DNA of 64,000 nucleotides from Octopus sinensis (Eukaryota), in contig NC_043003.1 in NCBI RefSeq assembly GCF_006345805.1, positions 9,362,001-9,426,000 of the forward strand, given 5' to 3'. The notes beneath the pieces were generated by a model. The model was not told the origin of the DNA and ran no database searches. It saw nothing but the letters and a program-made list of their open reading frames with translations. Of the stretch, positions 11,737 through 24,489 are shown piece by piece (position 1 is the stretch's first letter; the number at the start of each line of letters is the position of its first letter). Position numbers and translations under genes: made by a program.

Positions 11737-11880
11737 TAATCCAAACAAGAAAGCACAAAAAAACACAACAACGCGAGGACGTGGAACAAATATAGTGTTA
11801 TTGGACGCTCAGGAAAGAAGGAAAGAAGGAGGGTTTAACGTTTCGGGCGAGCGGAGCTCTTCGTCGGAAGCATAGGAGAA
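11731..11880 (-). mobile_element. Related Penelope-type repeat, degenerate
   Basis: Minus strand ccgacgaa-gagc-tcc-gctc-gccc-gaaacgtt; (TA)n flank. Confidence 0.45.
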
Positions 11881-11957
11881 TGAAAGATCTATGCAAATGT
11901 ACGGTACTAAATCGCCATCGGTACACACGAGGTCACATTTTGATATATATACATACG

Positions 11958-12049
<92 letters not shown>

Positions 12050-12904
12050 TATATACTTATCATATGTATATAATTGGTTTACATTTCCTTTCCTAGTTTT
12101 GTGGCATTATGAAAATTAGAATAAAGATATATACAGTTGTCAGTTTGTCAGTTTAGTGGCCTCACAGCTAGAGATTGCAACATGTAATTACTAGATAGTT
12201 CATAATAAGCATATTCGGTCCATCGCCGCGTGAATTCTGCGCTCGATGCGGAATCGAAAGCAAAATCTGTTATACGGGCGGAAATAATCGGATCGTAAAT
12301 GGTTACCAATACCGACAAGATGCTCTAGAATACATCATACTGTTCTACGGCAATGGCTGTTTTGTTCTGCTATTGGCTGCTGTGCGTATAACTCTCCGAA
12401 TGAGTGTTACTAGTAACTGAGAAAACTATTAGAACTGAAATATTTTGTAAGTATTTCTATGAAAAAATATCGATGATTCAAAATTACATCCGATTGTTCA
12501 CTACTTGAAGTATCAGGAATCGCATTGGATGTCTCACGCTTTCAGCACAATCGGAAGTTCACTCATGATGAAAGAAGCCGCCTCTTTCATCTAGCTCATT
12601 GAAATGTCAAAATACTATGAGGCAGAGGAATTGCTGATTAACCAAGAGGTTTACCGTAACGTAAAGCATCGATATAGTTTCTCTTTGTGGACTATATTGC
12701 AAGAATATGGTAGCATTGTGGATACGGGGTACAATTCAAGGATAGAGCAAATGCCCTTCTCTAGAGCTGACTTTCTCAAATCAGTACGCTATATTATGGC
12801 TAAATTGAACCAAAATACCAACTGAAAAGACCAACTATGTGGTTGTATGTATGTATGTATGTATGTATGTATGTATGTATGTATGTATGTATGTCATATG
12901 TTAT

Positions 12905-13455
12905 GTCAGGTCACTTTCGAGTGCTACTGGTAACATGTAACCCAGTACAACCTGTTGCATGGTCGGGTCGTTGCCGACTAAACCGGCAATCCCCACCAAG
13001 CTTGCTTGGTGAGGAGGGTGTTTATTGGACACCCTACGGGATGAAAAACAAAACCCGTCAAAGAGCGGAGGAACTCTTGAGAGTCAACGGCCATCCAATA
13101 AATGTCTTAAGGTTGTATCATGCGCGGGGTCAGAGAAATAATCGGACTGAATACCCGATCGGGCGATTAAACCATTGGGAGTGAAGGACTTCTAGCCTTT
13201 GTTAGAGCATCCTTCTAGGAGAAAGTAACTCAGGTAACTGGGATAATCCCGACATAAAATCTGCGACTCAGTGGTTACCGATGATGTTGACTTGTTCTTC
13301 TTTTCGGATTATGGCTGCTGTTGCTTAGTGAGTGGGATTGACTCAGTGCACAGCCTTTCCTCACTTAAAAAATCTTCTTGCACAGGCATTGCACGATAAC
13401 AACATTGATTAAGCTTCGTGCAATGGCCTACTCAATAACGAGGGGGCAGCCACCA
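12905..13455 (+). mobile_element. 551-bp non-coding retroposon flanked by (TATG)n, probably RTE-derived, copy 1
   Basis: Same start (gtcaggtcactttcg) and end (gccacca) as 34947-35497; contains ggagaaagtaactc...gacataaaatct resembling RTE 5' UTR motifs. Confidence 0.7.
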
Positions 13456-13564
13456 TGTATGTATGTATGTTTGTATGTATGTATGTATGTATGTATGTAT
13501 GTATGTATGTATGTATGTATGTATGTAGTATGTATGTATGTTTGTATGTATGTGTGTATGTATG

Positions 13565-13596
<32 letters not shown>

Positions 13597-13670
13597 TGTA
13601 TGTATGTATGTATGTATGTATCTATGTATGTATGTATGTATGTAAGTATGTATGTTTGTATATATGTATG
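13456..13670. repeat. (TATG)n microsatellite
   Basis: Direct observation. Confidence 0.95.
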
Positions 13671-15193
13671 AAAGTTCTCATTGGAAAAAAGAGGACAGTA
13701 TTACTATTATAATTAATCTTGATGATCATATGGAGTGTGTTCCAGTGAAATACACTGAGATTTAAATATACAATAAGATTTTAATGTAAGCGTTGGATAA
13801 GAAACACTGAAGTGGCCTGATGTTATTGGGAAATATGCTGTAGGGCTTTGTAATTCGAATGGGGAGCTCTTTCTTACATTGAGCTCCGAGCATGGTTTCA
13901 TTATCAAAGCTATCTTCTAAGAACGGAGAAAGGTAATTAACTAGTATGCATCCGCGTTTGGAGCATGTACTCCAGAATCAGACAGAATAAATGTATATGT
14001 GTTGTATAAACTGCACAAGTGACGAGAAAGACACACTATCGCACATACCATAACATTTTTTAGTCAAAAATAGCTTTAACAGGACTGGACTAAACCGTCC
14101 CAGCTGATAAAATTGTTACGTGTTGATGAAGAAGAATGTGTCACTGTGGAAGGATATTTGAATGGCTCTCCGGGATTATGGAACCTCCCCCCCACACACA
14201 CACACAAACTGACAGTATAAGTAGGAGATGATTTCGTTTCACACTGCAATGTATGATACAGTGGGACTTAAGCATATCTTCATACTACTGCGAACGTTAC
14301 TATCAGTATAATGTGATTGACATCAAATGAGGCTTATCCTTTAACAACTGATAGATTACTCATACAGACAAAACTGGATGCTAATTAGTTAAAGGAACTT
14401 AGATTAAGACGACATATATATCAGTGACGTGATACTTGTTCGTGGTTATTGTATTCTTGGCTGTCATAATGCAGAATGCATGCAGAGCTTGGTAGATGCT
14501 GGTGGCAATGTTGGTGGCAATGGAGATCGGCTTGAGAATTTAGATCTTGTAAACTGAAATGCTTTATTTGTCATATCCCGATTAGAACCAAGTGTCTGTG
14601 TCTCAGTGACTAACTCAGTGACTAACTAGATAGCCGTTTGATTTCAAATTGTGAGTGACATATTGATTTTACTCTTCCGAGTTTCACAGAAATGTATACA
14701 TTTAACGCATTAGTATTGATTAATCGATTACTAACGAGAATTTAGTTCTGAAGATGTTATCTACCATATGCTGTACAGAGAAACGTAGATAAAGAATATA
14801 TTAGCTGCGCAGTAAGTCCTTCACTCAAACGGAATTAACTTGAAAAATTTGTAGTTGTCATAGTTTCGTTCTGCGATTTTGATATTTCTTTATTATCATT
14901 AGAAAATGAAAATGGAGCTTCACATTTTGTCTCCAATGGAGTTCACTTCATGATTGTCCTGCATGCGGCATTCTACTGTTATCAAAACATCACTGTATTG
15001 AGTTTACCAGTCTAAGAGAACCTGCAAAAAGCACGATTGCAATCCAACGTTTACATAGAAAATGATGCAAAAGTGTGCACATATTTTTTGAAAATATGAC
15101 ATCAAAGCAGTTGAATAACTGCAATTTGGGTATTGTCACAGTTAATAATATTGTCCTTCCACAAGACAATAAAATATCGCAGTATCGTTATAA

Positions 15194-15579
15194 ATCTCTC
15201 TATATATAAAGCTGAAGTTGTCTATGTGTGGCAGGTTTGGTAGCCTGCAACTCACACTATCTGCTCTGAGACCCTGCGGCGCAAGTTGACCAAAATTGAG
15301 AGTATGATTGAAGAAGGCTTGCTCTTCCTTCCGTGGAAGAAAAAATTCAAATCGAACCATGTTAACACCAAAAATTATTTAAATCAAAAAGGTGCTTTTT
15401 TTTCTATGAAAAATCCCTATTTTTTACTGCCGTGTCACCATTTTTCGGTGTATTTCAACCAGAAAAATATTCACCCAAAGAGAATATTAAGCTACATAAT
15501 GCAAAATTTTTACTTTTCAAAAATTCCAATTCTAAAGGGTCGAAACAAACCCGAGCAACGCCGGCCGATACTGCTAGTA
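15194..15579 (-). mobile_element. Helitron-like (Lep1-type termini) non-autonomous element, internal type 1
   Basis: Minus strand starts tactagcagtatcggccggcgttgctcgggtttg and ends ctttatatatagagagat. Confidence 0.65.
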
Positions 15580-16076
15580 ACTGTATAAAGGAAGACACGG
15601 TTATATGTTTGATGTACTGCTGTAACCCAACTATTTACATAGAAGAGAAGGCAAGAGGAAACTCTGGTAGAATTGAAAATATCTATGCAAATGTACGGCA
15701 CTAAATAGCGTCAATGTAATCGACGTAATCCAGCTTTCTGTTCACCAGAGTTGAAAATAATCACAATCAATACAGCAATACTAAAATTATCACAAAAATT
15801 GTTTCTTGAATCTAAAGAATGTGATTTCAAAATACTGTTACCTATTCTATCGATTGGAGAAATGTGAACTGGGAACGGAAGACAGCATTACCGCAATGGA
15901 AGTGCCCTACTGTTTCTAGCATTTCACCAATTATGAAAATAGCGTTTCAATACGGTGATGCTAAAATGATTACGTTGGCACATCGTTCTCTCTGTCTGTC
16001 TCTCTCTCTCTCTATCTATCTGTGTATGTGTGTGTGTATACTTATGCATATATATATATAGTTGCATATATAGGTT

Positions 16077-16113
<37 letters not shown>

Positions 16114-16427
16114 ATGTGTAAGTTTGTGTGTGTGTGTACATATGTATGTATACGTGTGTGTCTTTACGTATCTACACCACACGCACATACAAACTAACAC
16201 ACATGCGCATATATGTATACATACATACACACATAGTTTTAGTTTATAGCATGTTTTACCAAAGAATCTCCATTTTCGCTAAACAAAAACTAAAATATGT
16301 GAATCTGTAAACGCAGTACATTACATTCTAATTCAAGTATTCACACACGCTGATTAAAGAGAGCATTGTTTAGATATTTTGGCCGAATATTTACTTTTAT
16401 TCCATATATAATATTTAAAACGTGTGT

Positions 16428-16812
16428 AAGGCAGGGAGCTGCAGAAACGTTAGCACGCCGGGCTAAATGTTTAGCCGTACTTCGTCTGCCGTTACGTTCT
16501 GATTTCAAATTCCGCCGAGGTCGACTTTGCCTTTCATCCTTTCGGGGTCGATTAAATAAGTACCAGTTACGCACTGGGGTCGATGTAATCGACTTAGTCT
16601 GTTTGTCTGTCCTTGTTTGTCCTCTCTGTGTTTAGCCCCTTGTAGGTAGTAAAGAAATAAGTATTTCGTCTGCCGCTACGTTCTGAGTTCAAATTCCGCC
16701 GAAGTCGACTTTGCCTTTCGATAAATTAAGTACTAGTTGCGTACTGAGGTCGATATAATCGACTGGCCCCCTCCCCCAAAATTTCGGGCCTTGTGCTGAG
16801 AGTAGAAAATAA
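16428..16812 (+). mobile_element. SINE A dimer: tail-2 unit followed by tail-1 unit
   Basis: First unit ends gtaggtagtaaagaaataa at 16660; second starts gtatttcgtctg at 16661 and ends cccaaaatttcgggccttgtgctgagagtagaaaat. Confidence 0.9.
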
Positions 16813-17009
16813 TTTTTAAAGCGTGAGTATATATGTGTGTGTTTGCTTGTGAGTGTGTTAGAAATTCAAATCTCACTAGATGCATCTCCATAAATATCAA
16901 TAAATGTCAATAAATCATTAGGGCTCATATGACTGATTATCAACTTGCAGCCAACGCCACAGTGAGAACACAGTCGAATGACTGGAACAATTAAAATACT
17001 AAAACTATA

Positions 17010-17425
17010 AGGCGGCGAGCTGGCAGGCACGTCAGCGCGCCGGGCGAAATGCTTAGCGGCATTTCGTCTGCCGCTACGTTCTGCGTTCAAATTCCGCCTA
17101 GGTCGACTTTGCTTTTCATCCTTTCGGGGTCGATTAAATAAGTACCAGTTATGCACTGGGGTCGATATAATCGACTTAATCCGTTTGTCTGCCCTTGTTT
17201 GTCCTCTCTGTGTTTAGCCCCTTGTGGGTGGTAAAGAAATAGGTTATTCGTCTGTCGTTACGTTCTCAGTTCAAATTCCGCCGAGGTCGACTTTACCTTT
17301 TATCCTTTCGGGGTCGATAAATAAAGTACCAGTTTTGCACTGGAGTCGATGTAATCGACCTAATCCCTTTGTCTGTCCTTGTTTGTCTCCTCTATGTTTA
17401 GCCCCTTGTGGGCAATAAAGAAATA
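17010..17425 (+). mobile_element. SINE A dimer, both units tail-2, single 21-bp TSD
   Basis: TSD aattaaaatactaaaactata at 16989-17009 and 17426-17446; internal junction aaagaaatag/gttattcg at ~17242. Confidence 0.9.
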
Positions 17426-18045
17426 AATTAAAATACTAAAACTATATATATCTGTGTGTCTGTGAGAGAGAGAGAGAGAGTGAGAGACTGCGTGTGTGTG
17501 TATTTTCTTATTTGTATGTACGTATAGTGTATATATAAAACTAGTTAAATGGGTCACGTGAACCGACGTTGATTTACATAGAGTCTTGCTAAAAGTACGA
17601 ATTTAATTCGAATCAGTCTTAGTAATTTACATGAATTTACTTATGCAAATAAATATTTTTAGCCGTTACCATGAAAAAAAAAAATCAATAAATTGATCAT
17701 ATATGTCCGCTATAGCAACGTTACTGGCGCACTGCTCTTATACCGGATTTGTAAAATTTAACGCTTTATATCGCATTTTAGAATATTTTTCTGTTGTTTA
17801 TTCTAAAGAGAATGATTAATGATTAAAGCAATGAATATCAAAATTACTACAGTAATGCTAATTAATTTGTTAAAATGATTAAGGGATTATTCGTGGTGAT
17901 GACACTATTCCAATGATAGAAGTGTTTCGCCGATGTAATAAAGAGCATGGCTTAAATTTGTGACACAAGAACATCCTAAATGACACGCTCTGTTCTCTAA
18001 ATTTAGGTATAGACATATTGTCTCAGATGTCTTCTTTTTTTTTTT

Positions 18046-18450
18046 GGTTTTACTTGTGTCAGTCATTATACTGCAGCCATGCTGGGGCACTGCCTTGAAG
18101 AATTTTTTGTCGACTGAATCGATCGACCTGGTATTGCTTTTGAAAGCCTGGGACTTATTCCATCGGATCTCTTTAGCCGAACTGCTAAGTTACGGGATGT
18201 AAACACACTGCCACCGGTTGTCAAGCGCTAGTGTGGTACTAACACACACATACACACACTCTCTCGCACACACATACTCTCTCACACACACATACGATGA
18301 GCTACTTTCAGTTTCCGTCTATCAAATCCACTCACAAAGTTATGGGCCCGAGGATATAGTAAAGACACTATCTCAAAGTATTACACGATGGGACTGCTAC
18401 CGGAAATATGTCGTTGAGAAGTAAGCTATTCTACTACACAGCCACGGCTA
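18046..18450 (-). mobile_element. SINE B, diverged copy
   Basis: Both halves present around a central (CA)n. Confidence 0.75.
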
Positions 18451-18606
18451 TTGGCCGGAAAAAACCGTCCCTTTACTTTTAAATCAGCAATATATCGACT
18501 TCGATATCGAGAAATTTAGCTTTAAAGAGTGTAGATTTGAGTATTAGTATTTTCCGAAATAGGATTATTATTTAATTAAGCCAGAATTATCTTTTAGCAA
18601 GACAAA

Positions 18607-18940
18607 TATCCCTTTCTATTATAGACATATTTTAGTTGAATAGGAGGGCTAGTCGATTACATCGACCCCAGTGCTTGACTGGTACTTATTTTACCGAACA
18701 AAAAAGGATAAAAGTCAAAGTCGACTTCGGCGGAATTTGAACTCAGGATGTAAAGACGGACGAAATGCCGCTAAGTATCTTATCTGGCGTACTAACGATT
18801 CTGCCAGCTCGCCGCTTTTAGATAGATATTGGTTTCAAACTTTGGTACAAGACCAGCGATTGTGTATGGGAGGGGATGAAAATCAATCACATCGATAATA
18901 GTAGTCAACTGGTACTTATTTTATCGACCCTGAAAGATAA
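18607..18940 (-). mobile_element. SINE A full copy plus adjacent 3' fragment
   Basis: ctgccagctcgccgc head on minus at ~18800; second ctggtacttattttatcgaccc block at ~18910. Confidence 0.75.
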
Positions 18941-19501
18941 ATGTTAAAAATTAAATATTGAAAAGTTTACAAAACAAAATTCATAAAACACTTCTTTTAT
19001 GATATTTACGCTTGATACAATTTATTTCCATAAACGCAAATGTATTATTTATAAACTTTCTGTTATGCCGTAGTCGAACGGTAAACTCGATATATATATT
19101 TTCTATTCTAATTTGTTCGTGTTAAATTTTGATTGGAACTTCCTTTCAGGCAAATGCGTTTCTTCTATTCTACATTGACTTCAAATTAAAAAAAAACAAT
19201 GTCTAGACGTTTTTATATATACGGTGTACAATACCAATACAGTTAAATTTCAACGATTTTATAAGAGAAGAATTATTCATAGGATTTTATTACAACAGTT
19301 GGTCTTTGAAAATGCTTTGATGCCTTTTCTATGAACAAAGGTTTAGTTGAACATATTCAGGAAATACATCTACAGTCCAGTTATAAATTACATTTTTGTT
19401 ACGTCTTTCAATCACTTCCGCTTTCTGAACGACCTAAATCTTTGATTCAATATGTTTTATTTTTCTCCCAAATTCATGCATGGAACTGTGTCCTTCTAGT
19501 G

Positions 19502-19576
19502 CAGGAATTCCCAACAGTGGTTCCCGACACTTTTATTTAGATGAGTTTTTCACGGACCCCTTTTAATATGCTTATT

Positions 19577-19635
<59 letters not shown>

Positions 19636-19716
19636 GTTTTGAATTTTGTTCACTGATCCCCAGTACTACCTTTGCGGACTACCAGGGATGCGCGACCCCC
19701 TTATTGGGAACTACTC
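19502..19716. mobile_element. hAT (Charlie-like) MITE with central (TA)n
   Basis: 8-bp TSD ttctagtg at 19494-19501 and 19717-19724; imperfect 13-bp TIRs caggaattcccaa / ttgggaactactc. Confidence 0.75.
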
Positions 19717-22562
19717 TTCTAGTGTTTAATCGATCGTACTGACTATAGTACTTATTTTAATGTGCTACTGATTTTATCTAAATCTATTTATTGATCCGCT
19801 GTTTCATAGCACATTAAATGACATTACACCAAAACACGGTGCAAGCAAAAAGTACAGAAAACACACGTACAATCACACACACACAAACACATTCATCCAC
19901 ATGATCGAGATGATAATTACAATACTTAGAATATTGCAAAGCAAGCTAAAGACATACTAAATCATTATAAATAGGTCTACCCTGATTTGCATAAACATAG
20001 TTATTTGTTTCCGATGCTAAAATTGGCGTGGTTTTAGATCATGAGAGTTATATAATCTCTTCATGGACACAACCTAACGCCAATGACAAAATATAAAGAA
20101 GCCAGCTTTCTTTTGATGTTTTCTGTTCAATAGTATTCTATTGATTTAATTCCATAAAATTCAACAGTGTACACACAAAACAAATAAATTTTAACTTTCT
20201 TCTACACCTTTTATTAATATTTTTCTCATATTTTTGAAGGTACAAAATAACAATCACATACAAAATCATAATGGTTTAAAATTATGCAGTGTGAAGTTAC
20301 TGCACTTATGTGATACTTCATAAATGCGTGTAGTTAAATATGCTAAATATTTTCCTAAGAACTTTGGAAACATTGAAATGACTTAGAATATCTTTATATT
20401 TGCTCTGTCAAATTATGATTAATTGAAGCTGTGATATATTTACAGTGCTTATATTTACGCATGTACTTTTACGGTACTTATAGAATTGTGAGTGACAGAA
20501 CTATAATCCTTAGCTTTTCGCTACCTCTTCTTATGTTGTACTACCTGAGAAACAGAAATATTTTATATATTTACATCAGTCTAGTAAATGAACTGCATAG
20601 TAAGCAGGCATCAGCGCGAAATAATCTTCTTACCGCACAAGCCGGAACTTCGTATACCGTTACATTCATTTCTTTGACAGAAGTTCGAAACAATCCTTGA
20701 GTTAGCTGAGTTTATATAACTTAAGATAACGATTTAGTAACAATAATGTTCAATGATTTATATGATGTTCAATGATTTAAAATGTGTCAGTTCATATGCG
20801 ATTCACGTTCATGATTTTAAATTATACAAGAGTGGATATTAATGTAGTAATTATTAATAAATTTATTATGTATATTTTCACCTCACTGCGGCATTAGACA
20901 AAGGTTTTCTTTCTGACGAAGCAGATATTGTAGGGAAAGATAAATTAGAAGCCAGATATTCATGCACTCCTAGAGCATGCAAAGCTGTATGACTTCAAGC
21001 GAAGACAGAAAGTGCCTTACAGCATATTTCCGTAAGGAAATTGCTGTTTTCAATGCAACACTTGTCTAAAAGCTGTAGATAATATCTATATTTCTCAGTT
21101 AAATTGAGCGAATGAAAAAGCGTATTTTGAAAAATAAAGGTGAATTTTTTTCTTTGCTTGATTTAAGATTCAATAGATTCTAGAGCGTAAACAAACGTAA
21201 ACAAACATAAACAAACATAAATAAATCTATCGGAACAACTTTTTATTTGTTCGTTTATAATATGACACTACAATGGTTAGGGATTGTTTACCCTTATTAA
21301 TAGGATAAGCAATGTGGGAGAATATATTAAACACATCTCACTACAAAATGTTTAAAAAACGCTTTTCACTGCAACTCATGTGAATCTTGCAAAATTTTAC
21401 TGCGTTTAGATTTTAAAGCACCTATGAGGCCATGCGATTTATACATTATTTTAGTAAATGTTTTCCAATCATTTTTCCATATTCAGTGCATCATTATTCT
21501 TGTAATTAGTTGGCTAGTAAGTAGTGCTGATGGTAAACATGAGATAAATTTTATTTTAGTGCTTGTGGATGACCGCAATGAATATTTATGACAGTCTTTA
21601 AAATACATTAACTTGTTTTGCTCTTGGGACGCATTTGGCTTTCACAATGTGCTTAATGCACATTATGTGGGTTATTTAGAAACTGGTGTGGAAAAGTGGT
21701 GTTAATCGAGTTAGAAACTGGTGCTTCTAGTCCAGAAGAGTCTTTATAGACAGTAATTTGCTTTAAGTAGGACATATATTCTTCTTTTTAGCCATAATGA
21801 AAATGAATATTTCAGGCGAATAATACGATAGCGCCTCAACTACTGTTTCTTTCTACTAATACCAGAAAATGTAACAATAAAGGCGGGAAAAGGCCACATT
21901 ATCTTGATGGCAGTAATCCGATACAAGCGCAGTTTGAATATCGCTGGAAAATGACTTCAGTAAAATTTTGCCAAATTCCGAGACATCAATGACAACCAAA
22001 AAATATCTCGGCTCATCTCACCTACTATAATATTCAACCATTTCGCTTCGTTTGCACTACAACTATGAAGAGCTTCGTACGCAGGAAATATTCAATATTA
22101 TGAGGTATTTATGAATACTTTGCTTATTCGGAATTGAAACCACAGTTTCTCCTTATTGCCAAATTTATATTGAGTTCACTCAACCATTTTTGCGTTGTAG
22201 TATTGATTTCACATTCTCTAACACTGAAAAATAATGATATTGCTCAAACTAAAACTCCATACCATCTAACTGAAATCAGCTGAGTCGAACGTTGAAACGG
22301 AACTTCATGAAGAACTAAAATCTTTGCCCTTCGTGCTAGAAAAACGTTTGTGACGTTTTAGAGAAATCGTTCGATGCCATTATGCCCCCCTCTTTGCACT
22401 GTGATTATCTAGGCATCTCCTGAGATATTATTTATCATTCAGATTCCCATATAAATGAGACAGTATTTACTTGGATAGCTCTCTGAATACAAGAGTCTTT
22501 CCTAAATGGTTCAATGATTCGGTGTTTAAATCGACACGACAGTCTCAACTAAAGATATATAC

Positions 22563-22648
22563 CGATCTAGGGGATAGTGGTATATCTTTAGTGTGGATTC
22601 TGGTTCCACTGAAGAGACAATTATTTGGAATTGTCGTAATGTTGATTG
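22563..22648 (-). other. Candidate exon
   Basis: Acceptor tctctgcatttcag, donor gtatat, open in phase 1; no homology recognised. Confidence 0.2.
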
Positions 22649-23355
22649 CTGAAATGCAGAGAATTCGGTAAGACACAGAACACATGTAAGCATAAATCTG
22701 GTGTATATCACTGCTACTTCACTTAAAATTCCTCATCTTCTAACAAAGATTCAGAAATCATCTTGGAGGCTACACTTTTATCTCGTAATTGTAAAAGAAA
22801 TCATGAGCCCTTCACTTAGAATTCCTCATCTTTCTGCAAAGATCCGGAAAGCAACTTAAATACTACATCTTTAAAGTGCCGCTGAATGTTACGAATCGCT
22901 ATTTCTTGTCCAGTTATTTTGGAATGCTAACGTTTCAAGCAATGATTTGCTTTACATATGGATGTATGTACTTATGCTGAACAATAGCGTCTCTGCTATT
23001 GTACGTTTTGTATGCTTTGCTTATTTTGCTTTTGTGAAATTTTAGTAAACCATAGAAATATTAGATTTACATTTAAAATTAGTTTTTGCCCTCTAGATAG
23101 ATAAAACAAAATTAATTTTATGTTTAGTATTCATCTCTTTATCACCTTGTTTACTTGTGAATTCATTAGCATTTTCAATTCACAAGTGTTAAAGATTGAT
23201 TTATTCTTTGTTTATATAAGGCACTATATAAGGAATTATAAATGTAACTAAAATTATTTGTGTCCTTGGGTGATGATCATTAAATGTAGTTATAGATTCG
23301 AAATTGGGCGTGTTTTAAATTAATTTCGTTTATCTGCGTTTGTTGGAGAATATTG

Positions 23356-23418
23356 GCAGACGAAATACTGCTACGCATTTCGCCCGGCATGCTAACGTTT
23401 CTGCCAGCACGCCGGCTT
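23356..23418 (-). mobile_element. Isolated SINE A head (empty-site equivalent of the ORF1 element target)
   Basis: gcatttcgcccggcatgctaacgtttctgccagc, uninterrupted. Confidence 0.8.
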
Positions 23419-23967
23419 TATATAATATAAATATTACAAGTATAAAATACACAATAACGTATAAAGACTGTCGTCTGTAGATGGTTAAGTTGGTAATAAC
23501 TGTCGCCATATATCTTAAAATTCTCTTTAATTACTGCATATCTTGTAAACTTTCATGTCTTTAAAACCCGGTATATTTCATAAAAATAGTTTAAAGGATT
23601 ACTTTTCTATTCTCGAATGACGGTATTTGTCAAAATTGGAAGTAGTCTGGATAAGAGGTCTTTCAGTCGACCCATTGTGACTGTTAAAAATCAATATTTA
23701 ATTAGATCGCTTGTGTTCAAATCCTTCCACAATCAACATCGCATTTTATCTCTTCATGATCAATAAAATAAGTGCCATCAATTATAAAGATCAATATTGC
23801 TTCAAAATTTGAAGCCTCGTATCAAAGTCAGAAATCTTTCTTCGCAGATGTTATGAATATGCCTAACATTGTAATGATTCCGCAATCCTTTGCTTAGAGC
23901 GTAAACTTTACTCAGAAGCTCTCTCGTTAACATCTAGACTCTAATTTATATAATTGCTCTTGTTACT

Positions 23968-24209
23968 TACTCTTTTACTTGTTTCAGCCATTTGACTGTG
24001 GCCATGCTGTAGCACCGCCTTTAGTCGAGCAAATCGACCCCAGGACTTATTCTTTGTAAGCCTAGTACTTATTATATCGGTCTCTCTTGCCGAACCGCTA
24101 AGTTACGGGGGCGTAAACACACCAGCATCGGTTGTCAGGCGATGTTGGAGGGACAAACACAGACACACAAACACACACACACACACACACATATATATAC
24201 ATATATATA

Positions 24210-24280
<71 letters not shown>

Positions 24281-24446
24281 TAGGCGCAGGAGTGGCTGTG
24301 TGGTAAGTAGCTTGCTAACCAACCACATGGTCCGGGTTCAGTCCCACTGCGTGGCATCTTGGGCAAGTGTCTTCTGCTATAGCCTCGGGCCGACCAATGC
24401 TTTGTGAGTGGATTTGGTAGACGGAAACTGAAAGAAGCCTGTCGTA

Positions 24447-24489
<43 letters not shown>

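Larger units (their letters stand above)
12560..14060 (+). pseudogene. Decayed RTE-clade LINE APE endonuclease, split by an insertion at ~12843-13670
   Basis: Fragments in shifting frames: IDIVSL and EYGSIVDTGY before the insertion; LDDHMECVP, DFNVSVG, WPDVIGKYAVGLCNSNGELFL and MHPR after it, in the order expected for RTE endonucleases. Confidence 0.6.

Noticed and set aside
12200-12455. CpG-rich stretch with an inverted CCAAT and a downstream gtaagt donor as a promoter or first exon
   Set aside because: Adjoins decayed RTE sequence and could be its 5' region; no independent support.
14436-14553. Possible minus-strand exon (HCHQHCHQH or RSPLPPTLPP frames)
   Set aside because: Weak polypyrimidine tract, two equally plausible frames, no secure link to other candidates.
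16341-17156. Recurrent ORFs beginning MRNWYLFNRPRKDERQSRPR (also 5592-5840)
   Set aside because: Antisense translations of SINE A copies.
20630-22400. Several short open segments with plausible splice sites on either strand
   Set aside because: Each lacks either a good acceptor or a consistent frame.
22717-22850. Imperfect ~41-bp direct repeat with ~93-bp period
   Set aside because: Two diverged copies only; ordinary local duplication, not a CRISPR-like or satellite array.
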